DNA of 64,000 nt from Candidatus Methylomirabilia bacterium (GTDB lineage Bacteria; Methylomirabilota; Methylomirabilia; Rokubacteriales; CSP1-6). Location: positions 64,001 through 128,000 of the forward strand of contig JBGQHJ010000001.1 of assembly GCA_041497895.1 (NCBI GenBank), written 5' to 3'. The notes under the pieces were generated by a model, which was given only the letters and a program-made list of their open reading frames with translations, did not search any database and was not told the DNA's origin. Position numbers and translations under genes: made by a program. This document shows positions 19,313 to 29,672 of this stretch, piece by piece. Numbering within the stretch: position 1 is the first letter of the stretch; each line of letters opens with the position of its first letter.

Positions 19313-19720
19313 ATGAGCGACCCCCGGGTGGTCCGGCTCGACGAGACCGAGCGCGTGAGCTTCGGCCCGCTGTCCCACTACCAGCCCATCATCGGCGACG
19401 ACGCGGGCAGCACGCCGCTCCGCACCGGCATCCAGACCGCGCGGCCGGGCTACGTGGCGCCGGTGCACTCGCACCCGTACCTCGAGGTCCTGCACATCCT
19501 CGACGGGAGCGCGGAGGCGTGGATCGACGGCCAGGAGGATCGCGCGGTGGTGCTGCGGAAGGGCGACACGATCGCGCTGCCGCCCCACACCCCGCACTCG
19601 TTCCGGGTGGTGGGGGACCAGGAGCTGCGCCTGCTCGGCACGCACGCCTCGCCGACCCGGATCGTCGACTACAAGGACGGGGGCGCGAGCGACGCGCACG
19701 GCTACCGGGTGCAGGAGTGA
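19313..19720 (+). CDS. Cupin domain protein
   Basis: HSHPYLE...PHSF. Confidence 0.85.
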   Translation: MSDPRVVRLDETERVSFGPLSHYQPIIGDDAGSTPLRTGIQTARPGYVAPVHSHPYLEVLHILDGSAEAWIDGQEDRAVVLRKGDTIALPPHTPHSFRVVGDQELRLLGTHASPTRIVDYKDGGASDAHGYRVQE

Positions 19721-19724
19721 TCGC

Positions 19725-20543
19725 GTGAGGCTCGGGGTCAGCGTCCCGACGGCGCGCCCGGACGGCGCCCCGCTCACCGGGAGGGCGCTGGTCGGCAGCG
19801 CGCGCCACATCGAGCAGGCCGGCTTCGACAGCGCGTGGTTCTTCGACGCGATCGGCCGCGGCTTCATGCTGCCCGATCCGCTCATCGGCGCCTCGGTCGC
19901 GGCCGCGGTGACCACGCGCATCGAGATCGGGACCGGCGTGCTGCAGGTTCCGCTGCGCAACCCGGTGGAGCTGGCGCACCGCATCCTCACCGCGCACCTG
20001 ATCTGCGGGGGCCGCCTCCTGCTCGGGGTCGGCGCGGGCTCGACGCCCGGCGACTTCGAGGCCCTCGGCCTCGACTTCACCCGGCGCATGCGCACGCTCG
20101 AGGAGTCGCTCGCGACGATGCGTCGGCTCTGGCGGGGAGAGAGGGTCGGCGCCGCCGACCTCACTCCGTGGCCGGCCGCGGTCGGCGGCCCCGCGGTGCT
20201 GATCGGCAGCTGGAAGGGCGAGCGCTGGATCCCGCGGGCGGCCCGCGAGTTCGACGGCTGGATCGCCTCGGGGGCCAAGACCAGCCTCCAGGCGCTCGCC
20301 GAGGGGATCGGCCGCTACCGCGCCGCGGGCGGCAAGCGGGCGATCGTGACCAACATCGCGGTGGATCTCTCCGCGCCCACCGAGCCACTGCCGGACAGCG
20401 CGCCCTTCCACCTGCGCTGCGCCCCGGACGCGGCGGCCCGGCGGCTGCAACAGGTGCGCGACCTGGGCTTCGACGACGCCATCCTCGTGCTCAAGACGCC
20501 GACCGAGGCGGGGCTCGCCGCGGCGCGCGCCCTTCTCCGCTGA
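19725..20543 (+). CDS. LLM class flavin-dependent oxidoreductase
   Basis: AGFDSAW, GGRLLLGVGAG. Confidence 0.85.
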   Translation: MRLGVSVPTARPDGAPLTGRALVGSARHIEQAGFDSAWFFDAIGRGFMLPDPLIGASVAAAVTTRIEIGTGVLQVPLRNPVELAHRILTAHLICGGRLLLGVGAGSTPGDFEALGLDFTRRMRTLEESLATMRRLWRGERVGAADLTPWPAAVGGPAVLIGSWKGERWIPRAAREFDGWIASGAKTSLQALAEGIGRYRAAGGKRAIVTNIAVDLSAPTEPLPDSAPFHLRCAPDAAARRLQQVRDLGFDDAILVLKTPTEAGLAAARALLR

Positions 20544-20551
20544 GCCGGGCC

Positions 20552-21751
20552 ATGACCCGAACTGCGGACGTGGTGGTGATCGGTGGCGGCGTCAACGGCG
20601 TGAGCATCGCCCACGCGCTGGCCGGCCGGGGCGTGCGCGTCGTGCTGGTGGAGAAGGGCGCGCTCGCGAGCGGAGCCTCGGGGCGGTCGAGCGCGCTCGT
20701 CCGCATGCACTACACCAACGAGTGGGACGCGCGCCTGGCCTGGGCGAGCTTCCCGGTCTTCCGGAACTGGCCCGAGCTGATGGGCGGGCCGCCGGTGTTC
20801 ACCCACACCGGCTTCGTCAACGTGGTGGGCCCCGCCCACGGGGAGAACCTGCGGCGCAACGTGGCGATGCTCCAGGGCATCGGCGTGCCGACGCGCGCGA
20901 TCACGCCCGACGAGCTGCGCGCGCTCCAGCCCTTCGCCCACGTGGACGACGTGGGCGCGGCCGCCTACGAGCCGGAGAGCGGCTATGCCGATCCGGCCGA
21001 GACCGTCGAGGGCTTCCGCCGCCGGGCCACCGAGCTGGGCGCGCGGATCCTGCCGTGGACGGCGGTGACGCGCATCGACCGCGGCGAGAGCCGCGTGCGG
21101 GGTGTGGAGACCACGGCCGGGCGCATCGAGGCCGGGAGCGTGGTGGTGGCCGCGGGTGCCTGGTCGCGCCGTCTCTGCCAGGAGATGGGGCTCGCGCTGC
21201 CCGCGCGGCCCAAGGCCATCGACACGGTGGCGGTGAGCCGACCCGCCGAGCTGCGCGAGCCGCACATGGTCTTCATCGACAACGTGCTCGGCAACTACTT
21301 CCGCCCGGAGGCGGGCGGCCTCACCCTGGTCGGGGTGCCGTGCCAGGAGTGGGACATCGATCCGGACACGCTCGGCACCGGGCTGCCGCCCGAGGCGGCC
21401 GGCCTCGGCGCGGCGCTGCTCACGCATCGCATCCCGGCGATGGAGCGCGCCACGCTGGCCCGCGGCTACCGCGCCTTCGACGGCTACAGCCCGGATCGTC
21501 ACGCGATCCTGGGCGCGGTCGACGGCATCGACGGCCTCTACCTGGCCACCGCCTTCAGCGGCTCCGGCTTCAAGATCGCGCCCGCGGTGGGCGCGTGCAT
21601 GGCCGAGCTGATCACGGATGGCCGGGCCAAGACGGTCGACATCGAGCCCTTCGGACTCGCGCGCTTCGCGGCCGGCCGGCCGGTGGCGACGCCGCACCCG
21701 TACGCGGTCCGGCCCGACCACGTCGATCCGGCCGCGGCCGGGCGCGCGTGA
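20552..21751 (+). CDS. FAD-dependent oxidoreductase (DAO / sarcosine oxidase beta-like)
   Basis: IGGGVNG, GASGRS, FSGSGFKIAP. Confidence 0.9.
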   Translation: MTRTADVVVIGGGVNGVSIAHALAGRGVRVVLVEKGALASGASGRSSALVRMHYTNEWDARLAWASFPVFRNWPELMGGPPVFTHTGFVNVVGPAHGENLRRNVAMLQGIGVPTRAITPDELRALQPFAHVDDVGAAAYEPESGYADPAETVEGFRRRATELGARILPWTAVTRIDRGESRVRGVETTAGRIEAGSVVVAAGAWSRRLCQEMGLALPARPKAIDTVAVSRPAELREPHMVFIDNVLGNYFRPEAGGLTLVGVPCQEWDIDPDTLGTGLPPEAAGLGAALLTHRIPAMERATLARGYRAFDGYSPDRHAILGAVDGIDGLYLATAFSGSGFKIAPAVGACMAELITDGRAKTVDIEPFGLARFAAGRPVATPHPYAVRPDHVDPAAAGRA

Positions 21752-22473
21752 TCGACGGCGCGGCCGCCGGCCGCCCGCCCGGCGTCGAGTTCCACACCTT
21801 CACGGTGGTCGGCCGCTGCCGCCGCACCGGGCGCCTGGGCGTCGGCACCGCGACGCGCTCGCTCGCGGTCGGGGCCCGGGTGCCGCACGTGCGGGCCGGG
21901 CTCGGCGCGGTCGCGATCATGGCCATCGCCGACGCGCGCCTGGGCCAGATGGCGCTCCGGCTCCTCGAGCTGGGCTACAAGGCGCCCGCGGTGGTGGAAG
22001 AGCTGGTGCGCGCCGACCCCTACGCGGAGTATCGCCAGCTCGGGGTCATCGACGGCGACGGCTTCGCGGCCGCGCGCACCGGGCAGAAGAACCGCGAGTG
22101 GGCCGGCCAGCGCGTGCGCGAGGACCACATCGTGCTCGGCAACTATCTGACCGGCGAGCACATCCTCGAGGCGATGGAGCGCGCGTTCACCGCGCATCCC
22201 GACGAGGACCTAGAGGAGCGGCTGTTGCGCGGCATCGAGGCGGGCCGGGACGCGGGGGGCCAGCACGGCGGCCAGCAGTCCGCGGCCCTGCTGGTCTACG
22301 AGGACCGCTCGTTCGCGCACGTGGACCTCCGCGTCGACGTGCACCCGGAGCCGGTCGGCGAGCTGCGTCGAGTGTTCGACGCCTACCGCCCCGCGATCCC
22401 GTACTACAACCTGCGCCAGGTCGACGCGCGGGTCCCGCCGCTGCCCGACTGGCTGCGCGACCGGTCGCGCTGA
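21748..22473 (+). CDS. DUF1028 family (Ntn-hydrolase-like) protein
   Basis: HTFTVVGRC, RQLG, GN, SAALLV, DLRVD. Confidence 0.85.
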   Translation: MIDGAAAGRPPGVEFHTFTVVGRCRRTGRLGVGTATRSLAVGARVPHVRAGLGAVAIMAIADARLGQMALRLLELGYKAPAVVEELVRADPYAEYRQLGVIDGDGFAAARTGQKNREWAGQRVREDHIVLGNYLTGEHILEAMERAFTAHPDEDLEERLLRGIEAGRDAGGQHGGQQSAALLVYEDRSFAHVDLRVDVHPEPVGELRRVFDAYRPAIPYYNLRQVDARVPPLPDWLRDRSR

Positions 22474-22486
22474 GGCTCCGCGGCCG

Positions 22487-24850
22487 TCAGCGCGCGGCGG
22501 CGCGGATCGCGCGCCACACGCGCTCCGGGGTCACCGGCATCTCGAGGTGCTCCACGCCCAGCTCGGCGAGGGCGTCGACCAACGCGTTGACCACCGCGCC
22601 GAGCGCCGGGGTGGTCCCGCCCTCGCCGCCGCCGCGGAGCCCGAGCGGGTTCGAGGTCGACTCGACCTCGCTGATCTCGGTCGCGAACGACGGCAGCAGG
22701 TCGGCGCGCGGCATCGCGTAATCCATGAAGGTGGCGGAGCGGAGCTGGCCCGACTCCGGGTCGTAGTCGGAGAGCTCCCAGAGCGCCTGGCCCACCCCCT
22801 GCGCGATGCCCCCGTGCGTCTGGCCGTGCACGATGAGCGGGTTGATGGCGCGCCCCACGTCGTCCACGCTGCTGTAGCGGACGATCTCGACCTCGCCGGT
22901 CTCCGGGTCGACCTCGACCTCGCAGACCGCCGAGCCGTAGGGGAAGGACGGCGTGCTCACCGTCTCGTCGCACTCGCCCTCGAGCGGGCCGCGCAGGTCG
23001 GCCGGCGCGTCGTCCCGGAGCGCGGCGGCCGCGACCGCGAAGAGATCGACCGCGCGGTCGGTCCCGCGGACGCGGAAGCGCCGCGCGGCGAACTCCACGT
23101 CCTCCACCGCGGACTCGAGCAGCCAGGCCGCGAGCCGGGCTCCCCGCGCCACGAGCCGGTCGGAGGCCTTGGCCATCACCACTCCGCCCAGGCGCATGGA
23201 GCGTCCGGAGTGCGAGCCGCCGCCGACCGCGACCCGGTCGGTGTCGCCCGCGATGAGGCGGACGAGCGAAGGCTCCACGCCGAGCCATTCCGCGATGAGC
23301 TGGGCGAACGCGGTCTCGTGGCCCTGGCCCGCCGAGAGCGTGCCGATGACCACGTCGATCCAGCCGTCCGGCTGCGCGGTGACCTGCGCGCGCTCGCGCG
23401 GGGCGCCGGTCGCGATCTCGATGTAGTTGGCGAGCCCGATGCCGCGGTAGCGTCCCCGCCGGTGCGCCTCCGCGCGACGGGCCTCGAAGCCGGCCCAGTC
23501 GGCGAGCGCGAGCACGCGGTCCTGCGCGGCCGGGTAGTCGCCGCTGTCGTAGACGATGCCGAAGGGATTGGTGTAGGGCATCGCGCCGGGCGGGATCAGG
23601 TTGCGTCGCCGCAGCGCCACCCGGTCGAAGCCGTGGCGGCGGGCGGCCAGGTCGATCAGCCGCTCCATCACGAACATCACCTGCGGCCGGCCCGCGCTGC
23701 GGTAGGCGGAGAGCGGCGAGGTGTTGCTGTGCACCGCACGGCCGCGGACCGCCGCGACCGGCAGGCGGTAGACGGTCGTGGAGAGCTCGCGGCCCTTGTT
23801 GAGCGGCACGAAGGTCACCGCGTGCGCGCCCACGTTACTCGTGTTGGTGCCGCGCAGGGCGAGGAACGTCCCGTCCGCGTCGAGGGCCAGCTCCATGGTC
23901 GAGACCAGATCGCGCGCCTGGTAGTCGGAGAGGAACATCTCCCGCCGGTCGCCCGTCCACTTGACCGGCCGGCCGAGCCGGCGGGCCGCCCAGGCCACCA
24001 GCGAGTACTCGGGGTAGGAGCTGTTGCGGGTGCCGTAGTTGCCGCCGACGTCCTGGGCCACCACGCGCACACTGGCCTCGGGCACCCGGAGCACCTCGGC
24101 GAGATCGCTCTTGAGGCGCACCGAGCCGCCCGAGCCCGCGTAGAGGGTGTAGCGCCCGGTCGCCGCGTCGTGGACGCCGAGCGCCGCGCGCGGCTCCATC
24201 GGCACCCCGGTGATGCGCGGCACCCAGGTGTCGAGCCGCACCACGTGGGCGGCGGTCGCGAAGGCGGCGTCGGCCGCGCGCGCGTCGCCGGCCAGCGAGT
24301 CGACGCACACGTTGCTCCCGAGCTCGTCCCAGAGCACCGGCGCGCCGGATCCAGCCGCGTCGCGGGTGACCGCCACCGACGGCAGTGGCTCCCAGTCGAC
24401 GTGGACGTGCAGGGCCGCGTCGGCGGCCAGGGCGGCGGTCTCCGCGACCACCATCGCCACCGCCTCGCCCGGGAAACGGGCCCGGTCGACGGGCAGCGGC
24501 GGGTAGGGCGCGACGAAGATCGGCGCGCCCCCGGCACCGCCGAGGGGGAACTCGTTCGGGTTGGTGGGCACCGGGCGATGGGGGAGGTCCGCGAGGCCGT
24601 CGTCGGCCGCGTCGCGCCCGGTGAGCACCGCGAGCACGCCGGGCGCGGCGAGCGCGGCGGCCGCGTCGATCGCCCGGATGCGGGCGTGCGGGTGCGGCGA
24701 CCGCACGAAGCACGCATACGCCTGCCCGGGCAGGGCGACGTCGTCGCTGAAGCGACCGCGGCCGGTGATGAGGCGGGGATCTTCCTGACGCTTCAGCGGC
24801 GTGCCGAAGCCCCGGGGCACCGCGCGGGCGCGGGAGGCGAGGAAGCTCAT
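22487..24850 (-). CDS. Xanthine dehydrogenase/CoxL family molybdopterin-binding subunit
   Basis: EDPRLITG, DVGGNYG, AYRSAGRP, GQTHGG, GGGEGG. Confidence 0.92.
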   Translation of the reverse strand: MSFLASRARAVPRGFGTPLKRQEDPRLITGRGRFSDDVALPGQAYACFVRSPHPHARIRAIDAAAALAAPGVLAVLTGRDAADDGLADLPHRPVPTNPNEFPLGGAGGAPIFVAPYPPLPVDRARFPGEAVAMVVAETAALAADAALHVHVDWEPLPSVAVTRDAAGSGAPVLWDELGSNVCVDSLAGDARAADAAFATAAHVVRLDTWVPRITGVPMEPRAALGVHDAATGRYTLYAGSGGSVRLKSDLAEVLRVPEASVRVVAQDVGGNYGTRNSSYPEYSLVAWAARRLGRPVKWTGDRREMFLSDYQARDLVSTMELALDADGTFLALRGTNTSNVGAHAVTFVPLNKGRELSTTVYRLPVAAVRGRAVHSNTSPLSAYRSAGRPQVMFVMERLIDLAARRHGFDRVALRRRNLIPPGAMPYTNPFGIVYDSGDYPAAQDRVLALADWAGFEARRAEAHRRGRYRGIGLANYIEIATGAPRERAQVTAQPDGWIDVVIGTLSAGQGHETAFAQLIAEWLGVEPSLVRLIAGDTDRVAVGGGSHSGRSMRLGGVVMAKASDRLVARGARLAAWLLESAVEDVEFAARRFRVRGTDRAVDLFAVAAAALRDDAPADLRGPLEGECDETVSTPSFPYGSAVCEVEVDPETGEVEIVRYSSVDDVGRAINPLIVHGQTHGGIAQGVGQALWELSDYDPESGQLRSATFMDYAMPRADLLPSFATEISEVESTSNPLGLRGGGEGGTTPALGAVVNALVDALAELGVEHLEMPVTPERVWRAIRAAAR

Positions 24851-24909
24851 GGGCGGCCCGTCATCTTACCGCTTGCGCCGGGCTCACCGAGACGGTAAAC
24901 AGACCGGGC

Positions 24910-25755
24910 ATGCAAGGCAAGGTCGTCGTCGTCACCGGCGGCACGTCCGGGATCGGGCAGGTCGCGGCCGAGCAGCTCGCCGGCAAGGGCGCGCGCCTGG
25001 TGCTGGTGGCGCGCGATCGCGCGCGCGGCGAGGCCGCGCTCGAGCGCCTGCGGGCGCGCGGCCCGGGAGTCCCCCACCGCGCGCACTACGCCGATCTCTC
25101 CCTGGTCGGCGACACCAGGCGCGTGGCGGCGGAGATCGCGGCGGCCGAGCCGCGCGTCGACGTGCTGATCAACAACGCGGGGGCCATGTTCGGCACCCGC
25201 CGGGTCACCCCGGACGGGCTCGAGCTCACGTTCGCGCTCAACCACATGGCCTACTTCCTGCTCACCCATGGCCTGCGCGAGCGGCTGCGCGCGGCCGCGC
25301 CGGCGCGGGTGGTCAACACCGCCTCGGGCGCCCACCGGCGCGCCCGCCTCGACTTCGACGATCTGCAGTCGGCCCGCGGCTACCGGGGCTTCATGGTCTA
25401 CAGCCGCTCCAAGCTGTGCAACATTCTCTACACGCGCGAGCTGGCTCGGCGCTGGGCCGGGACCGGGGTCACCGCCAACAGCCTGCACCCGGGCTTCGTG
25501 GCCACCCGCTTCGGCGACGCGAGCGGCGGGCTCTTCTCGTACGTGGTGCGCGCGTCCAAGAAGGTGTTCGGGCTCTCGCTCGAGAAGGGCGCGGAGACCC
25601 TCGTCTTCCTCGCGTCGTCGCCTCAGATCGCGACGATCAGCGGGGGCTACTTCTACCAGTGCCACCTCGCCGCGCCGACCCGCGCCGCCCAGGACGACGC
25701 CGCGGCCCGCCGGCTGTGGGCCGAGACGGAGCGCCTGGCCGGGGTGACCACCTGA
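24910..25755 (+). CDS. SDR (retinol dehydrogenase-like)
   Basis: TGGTSGIG, NNAG, YSRSK, HPGFV. Confidence 0.9.
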   Translation: MQGKVVVVTGGTSGIGQVAAEQLAGKGARLVLVARDRARGEAALERLRARGPGVPHRAHYADLSLVGDTRRVAAEIAAAEPRVDVLINNAGAMFGTRRVTPDGLELTFALNHMAYFLLTHGLRERLRAAAPARVVNTASGAHRRARLDFDDLQSARGYRGFMVYSRSKLCNILYTRELARRWAGTGVTANSLHPGFVATRFGDASGGLFSYVVRASKKVFGLSLEKGAETLVFLASSPQIATISGGYFYQCHLAAPTRAAQDDAAARRLWAETERLAGVTT

Positions 25756-25757
25756 CG

Positions 25758-26432
25758 ATGGCGAGCCGGGCCGGCCCGGCGGCCGGCGTCCTCGTCCTCA
25801 TGGCCCTCGCGCTGGCGGCGCCGGGTCGGTCGCGCGGAGACGACTGGCCGGCGCCCCGGACCCGCGAGGTCTTCGCCCCCTCGCGCGAGTACTTCGTCCG
25901 GGTGATCCCCGGCAAGGGCTTCGGCGAGACCGTCGGCTTTCGCGGGGCGCCCACCGGGCCGCCGGCGACGGCCGAGCTCTACCGGCGCGCGAGCGACGGC
26001 TCGTACCGGCCGGTGTGGACGGTGAGCCTCGTGAACCCGGTGGCCCCGATCGACGTCTTCGTGACCGATCGCGGCTACCTGGCGACGCTCGACAACTGGC
26101 ACAACCTGGGCTACGGCCGGGTGGTCGCGTTCTACTCTCCCGCGGGCGTCCTGATTCGCGCCTACACCCTCGCCGACCTGTTCTCGGCCGCCGAGATCGA
26201 CGCGCGGCGGAGATCGGTCTCGTCGATCTGGTGGCGGAAGCCGCCCGCCTACGTGCGACCGGATCAGCAGACCCTGTACGTGACGGTGGATGACGCGGGC
26301 CGCGAGCTCCTGTTCGAGACCGAGACCGGCGCCTACCAGTACTGCGAGCCGCGCGATGCGACGCGCCGGTGCCGTAGCGCGAACGGCCCACGGCAGTGGC
26401 GCGGTTACGTCGATCCGCCGCCGCGACCGTGA
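25758..26432 (+). CDS. Secreted hypothetical protein
   Basis: Signal peptide; DDW...TLDNWH...SIWW; GC3 bias. Confidence 0.7.
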   Translation: MASRAGPAAGVLVLMALALAAPGRSRGDDWPAPRTREVFAPSREYFVRVIPGKGFGETVGFRGAPTGPPATAELYRRASDGSYRPVWTVSLVNPVAPIDVFVTDRGYLATLDNWHNLGYGRVVAFYSPAGVLIRAYTLADLFSAAEIDARRRSVSSIWWRKPPAYVRPDQQTLYVTVDDAGRELLFETETGAYQYCEPRDATRRCRSANGPRQWRGYVDPPPRP

Positions 26433-26450
26433 GGCCGGCCCGCCCCGGCG

Positions 26451-27053
26451 TCAGGGGCGGCGGGCATCGACGACGAGCGTGCCGATGATCTGCTCGATCA
26501 CGCGGTCGTAGCCGGTGTCGCCCCGCGGCGCCTCGAGAAAGCTGCGGTGGCCGGTGAACTCGAGGACCGCTCCGTCCCGGAGCGGCACGAGGTAGTAGAA
26601 GGCGGCGCTGCCGTATGGCCCGGGGAAGCCCGGGAACTTCTGCACGCGGTGGGGGCCGATCGTGATCTCGGTGATGGCCGCTCCGTAGATCTGGCGTCCC
26701 AGGTCCCGCCGGGCGGCGGCGGCCGATCCGTCCTGCGGCTCGATCGTGATCGCGGTGATCTCGCCCGCCGGGAGGGCCGCGCGGTCCCGCGACCCCACGC
26801 GCGCCACCTCCACCAGCACCAGCGCGCGCTCGAACGGGAGCCGGCCGCCGGAGGCGCGCAGCGTCTTCGCGAGATCCGGCGGGAGATCGTTGCGATAGGC
26901 CCCCGCGACGAAGCGCGCCGGATAGCGCAGGACGAAGCCCTCCTGGCCGTCGCGGTGCAGCACCCACGGTCCCTCCTGGGCGGAGGCGAACGCCGCCGCG
27001 CTCAGGAGCCCGAGCGCCACGATCACGCGGCCGGGCCGCGACCAGCGCCTCAT
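26451..27053 (-). CDS. Secreted hypothetical protein
   Basis: ATGA overlap with upstream stop; signal peptide ending ASA. Confidence 0.65.
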   Translation of the reverse strand: MRRWSRPGRVIVALGLLSAAAFASAQEGPWVLHRDGQEGFVLRYPARFVAGAYRNDLPPDLAKTLRASGGRLPFERALVLVEVARVGSRDRAALPAGEITAITIEPQDGSAAAARRDLGRQIYGAAITEITIGPHRVQKFPGFPGPYGSAAFYYLVPLRDGAVLEFTGHRSFLEAPRGDTGYDRVIEQIIGTLVVDARRP

Positions 27054-28342
27054 GTGCGGGCCGGCTCCGCGTCGCGCACCGCCCGGACGAGCGCGCCCCG
27101 CAGTCGCCCCGGCGTCACCCGGCCGACGATGACGCCCTCGGCCTGGACGAAGCGCGCGAGCGAGCCGGTCGCCTCGGCGAGCCCGACCAGCATCGCTTCC
27201 CGGTCGAGCGGGTCGCCGCCCGCGGGCGGCGCCTGGCCCCGGGCTGCCCACGGCTCGAGGTGCACGTGGCGCACCTCGAGGCGGCGGTCGCCGCGGTGGG
27301 CCTTGGCGTCGATCCGGCCGACGAGCTGGCCGTCGTGGAGGATGGGCAGCGTGTAGTAGCCGTGGACGCGCTTCGGGCCCGGGGTGTAGACCTCGATCCG
27401 GTAGTCGAAGCCGAAGAGGCGCGATACGCGATCGCGGTACCAGAGCAGCGAATCGAACGGCGAGAGGAAGGTGGTGCCGTGCGAGGCCGCGGGCAGCCGC
27501 CCGGCCCGCGCCAGCGCGGGCAGGTCGCGGCTGAGCGCGAGCCACCGCGCCGGCGATTCCTCCACCGCGATCTCGGTCACGAGCCCCTCGGCCACCATCG
27601 CGCGCAGCGCGGCGCGGCGCGTGGCGGTGGCGCCGCGCGGGTAGGTGAGGTAGTGCGTGAGATCGATCTCGACCGCCGCGCCCATCGCGTGGAGCGAGCG
27701 CTCGATGTGCCAGCGCAGGAACGCCTCCGCCGACACCGCCTCGGTGCCGGGGGCGGGCGGGGCCACCCGCTCCAGGAGGTCGAAGCGCTTCTGGAAGTGG
27801 CGGCGGGAGTGGATGGTGAGCACCCCGGTCATCCACAGGTAGTGCAGCGCGTGCTGGACCGGCCGCCAGTCCCACCATCCGCCGCGGCCGCGGGGGGGCC
27901 GCCGCCCCTCGAGCTCGGCGTGGCCCATGGGGCCGCCGGCCCGGATGAGCTCGGTCACGGTGGCGAGCAGCCGGGTGTTCTTGCGCAGCCAGCCCGACCA
28001 GCCGGTGTGGCGCACGCGGTAGTCGAGCATCGCGCGCCGCCACCAGGGAAGCATCGAGGTGGGCACGAGACAGGCCGCGTGCGCCCAGTACTCGAGGAAG
28101 AGCCGGCGACGGTAGACGAGGCGATCGAGCCGCGCCCGCTCGTAGGGCCCGAAGCGGCTCCACACCGTGAGGTAGTGCGCGCGCTCGAGGACGTTGATGG
28201 AGTCCATCTGGATGCCGCCCACGTCCTCGGCGAAGCGGGTCAGGCGGCCGGGGGTCAGGCGGTGGGCGCGCGGGCGGCCGAGGTGCTGGCGGTGCAGGAA
28301 GAGGGCCCGGACGGCGTGGCGCGGGAAGACACGCGGCGGCAT
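27050..28342 (-). CDS. YcaQ/AlkZ-like (HTH_42) crosslink-repair DNA glycosylase
   Basis: QMD (QxD) motif, EYWAH, LSPFD, YRIEVY, GYYTLPIL. Confidence 0.88.
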   Translation of the reverse strand: MPPRVFPRHAVRALFLHRQHLGRPRAHRLTPGRLTRFAEDVGGIQMDSINVLERAHYLTVWSRFGPYERARLDRLVYRRRLFLEYWAHAACLVPTSMLPWWRRAMLDYRVRHTGWSGWLRKNTRLLATVTELIRAGGPMGHAELEGRRPPRGRGGWWDWRPVQHALHYLWMTGVLTIHSRRHFQKRFDLLERVAPPAPGTEAVSAEAFLRWHIERSLHAMGAAVEIDLTHYLTYPRGATATRRAALRAMVAEGLVTEIAVEESPARWLALSRDLPALARAGRLPAASHGTTFLSPFDSLLWYRDRVSRLFGFDYRIEVYTPGPKRVHGYYTLPILHDGQLVGRIDAKAHRGDRRLEVRHVHLEPWAARGQAPPAGGDPLDREAMLVGLAEATGSLARFVQAEGVIVGRVTPGRLRGALVRAVRDAEPART

Positions 28343-28417
28343 GACGCCTGAGCGTATCATCCTGGAACCGGGCGCGCGGGGTGATCGAGTGAGCGATGCG
28401 AGATGGGGAGGGAAGAG

Positions 28418-28801
28418 ATGAACGTCACCCGACTGCTGCCGAACATCTGCACGGATCGAATGGCCGAAACGCGCGATTTCTACATCGACCTCCTTGGATT
28501 CGTGGTGCGGTTCGAGCACCTCGGGTGGTACATCCAGCTGTCGTCGGCGGCCGACCCGCAGTTGCAGATCGGCATCGTGCGCCGCGACCACGAGTTCACA
28601 CCCAGGGCCTTCCAGCAGCCGGCCCAGGGGGTGATCCTCTCGGTTCAGGTCGACGACGTCGACGCCGCGTATGCGGCGGTGGTGAAGCGCGGCTTCCGGA
28701 TCGCGGACGAGCTGCGCGATGAGGCCTTCGGTATGAGGCATTTCATGGTTACCGATCCGAACGGGCTGCTCGTCAACATCCTCGCGTTCCCGGCGGCGTG
28801 A
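28418..28801 (+). CDS. VOC/glyoxalase family protein
   Basis: FY.LLGF...G.RHF.V.DPNG. Confidence 0.88.
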   Translation: MNVTRLLPNICTDRMAETRDFYIDLLGFVVRFEHLGWYIQLSSAADPQLQIGIVRRDHEFTPRAFQQPAQGVILSVQVDDVDAAYAAVVKRGFRIADELRDEAFGMRHFMVTDPNGLLVNILAFPAA

Positions 28802-28895
28802 AGTGCTAGACGGGAGCTTGCTTCCGGGCCGCAGCCGAGTAAACAATCAGAGCAGGTGGCGCGTCCAAGCGGGTAGCCCAGGAGGGGGCGGAACC

Positions 28896-29645
28896 ATGAA
28901 GACATCTCGGGGACTCCTGATCGCGATCCTGCTCACCGGTCTTGCCGCGGCCGCGCCGGCCTGGGCGGTGGAGTATCGCCTCGAGGTCGCCAGCCTCTGG
29001 GAGAGCGCGCTCTATCCCTTTGCCAAGACTGCCGAGCTGAGCGACGGAGCGTCCGGGCCGGGGCTCGACCGGCTCGAGGCGGGACTCGACCAGGGCGCGG
29101 TGCCGCACGCCGTCGTGCTCCGCGATCGCACGCTGCGGTGGGCCAGCGAGGGGGTCGCCCACGCGTACGGCACCGTGCGCGTGCTGGCCGAGATCAAGGC
29201 GGCCGGTGACGGCAGGCGCTGGGACGAGGTGCGCTGGGAGGGCAAGCCGGGTGAGCGGAGCGTGTGGATGGTGCTGCCCAGCGGGAGCGGGCGCCCGCAG
29301 CAGCTCTACCGGGTCCTGCTCAAGGGCGAGGGCCCGGTGCGGCAATTCATGCCATACGTGCCGGTGGGCGGCTCACGCAGCGCGGCGGTGAAGTACCCGC
29401 TGAGCTTCCTCTGGTCCTACGAGGAGCGCGGCCTGATCTGGGACCACTATCTCCGCCAGAGCCTCGACCTGGGCCAGGGCCTGGGCGCGGTGGTGGGCGA
29501 GAACTTCAACCAGTCGTTTCCGGACCAGGTCTACCTGATCGTGCAGCAGGCGGCCGAGCCCACGATCTACAAGGCGGTGCTGCTCTGGCGCGATCCGGCC
29601 TACAACTTCGAGGCGCCCCGCCGGCCCGGCAACCCGACCCGGTAG
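28896..29645 (+). CDS. Secreted hypothetical protein
   Basis: GGAGG RBS; signal peptide ending AWA. Confidence 0.7.
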   Translation: MKTSRGLLIAILLTGLAAAAPAWAVEYRLEVASLWESALYPFAKTAELSDGASGPGLDRLEAGLDQGAVPHAVVLRDRTLRWASEGVAHAYGTVRVLAEIKAAGDGRRWDEVRWEGKPGERSVWMVLPSGSGRPQQLYRVLLKGEGPVRQFMPYVPVGGSRSAAVKYPLSFLWSYEERGLIWDHYLRQSLDLGQGLGAVVGENFNQSFPDQVYLIVQQAAEPTIYKAVLLWRDPAYNFEAPRRPGNPTR

Positions 29646-29672
29646 GCGCTCGCCGCCTCACCGCCCCGCGTC

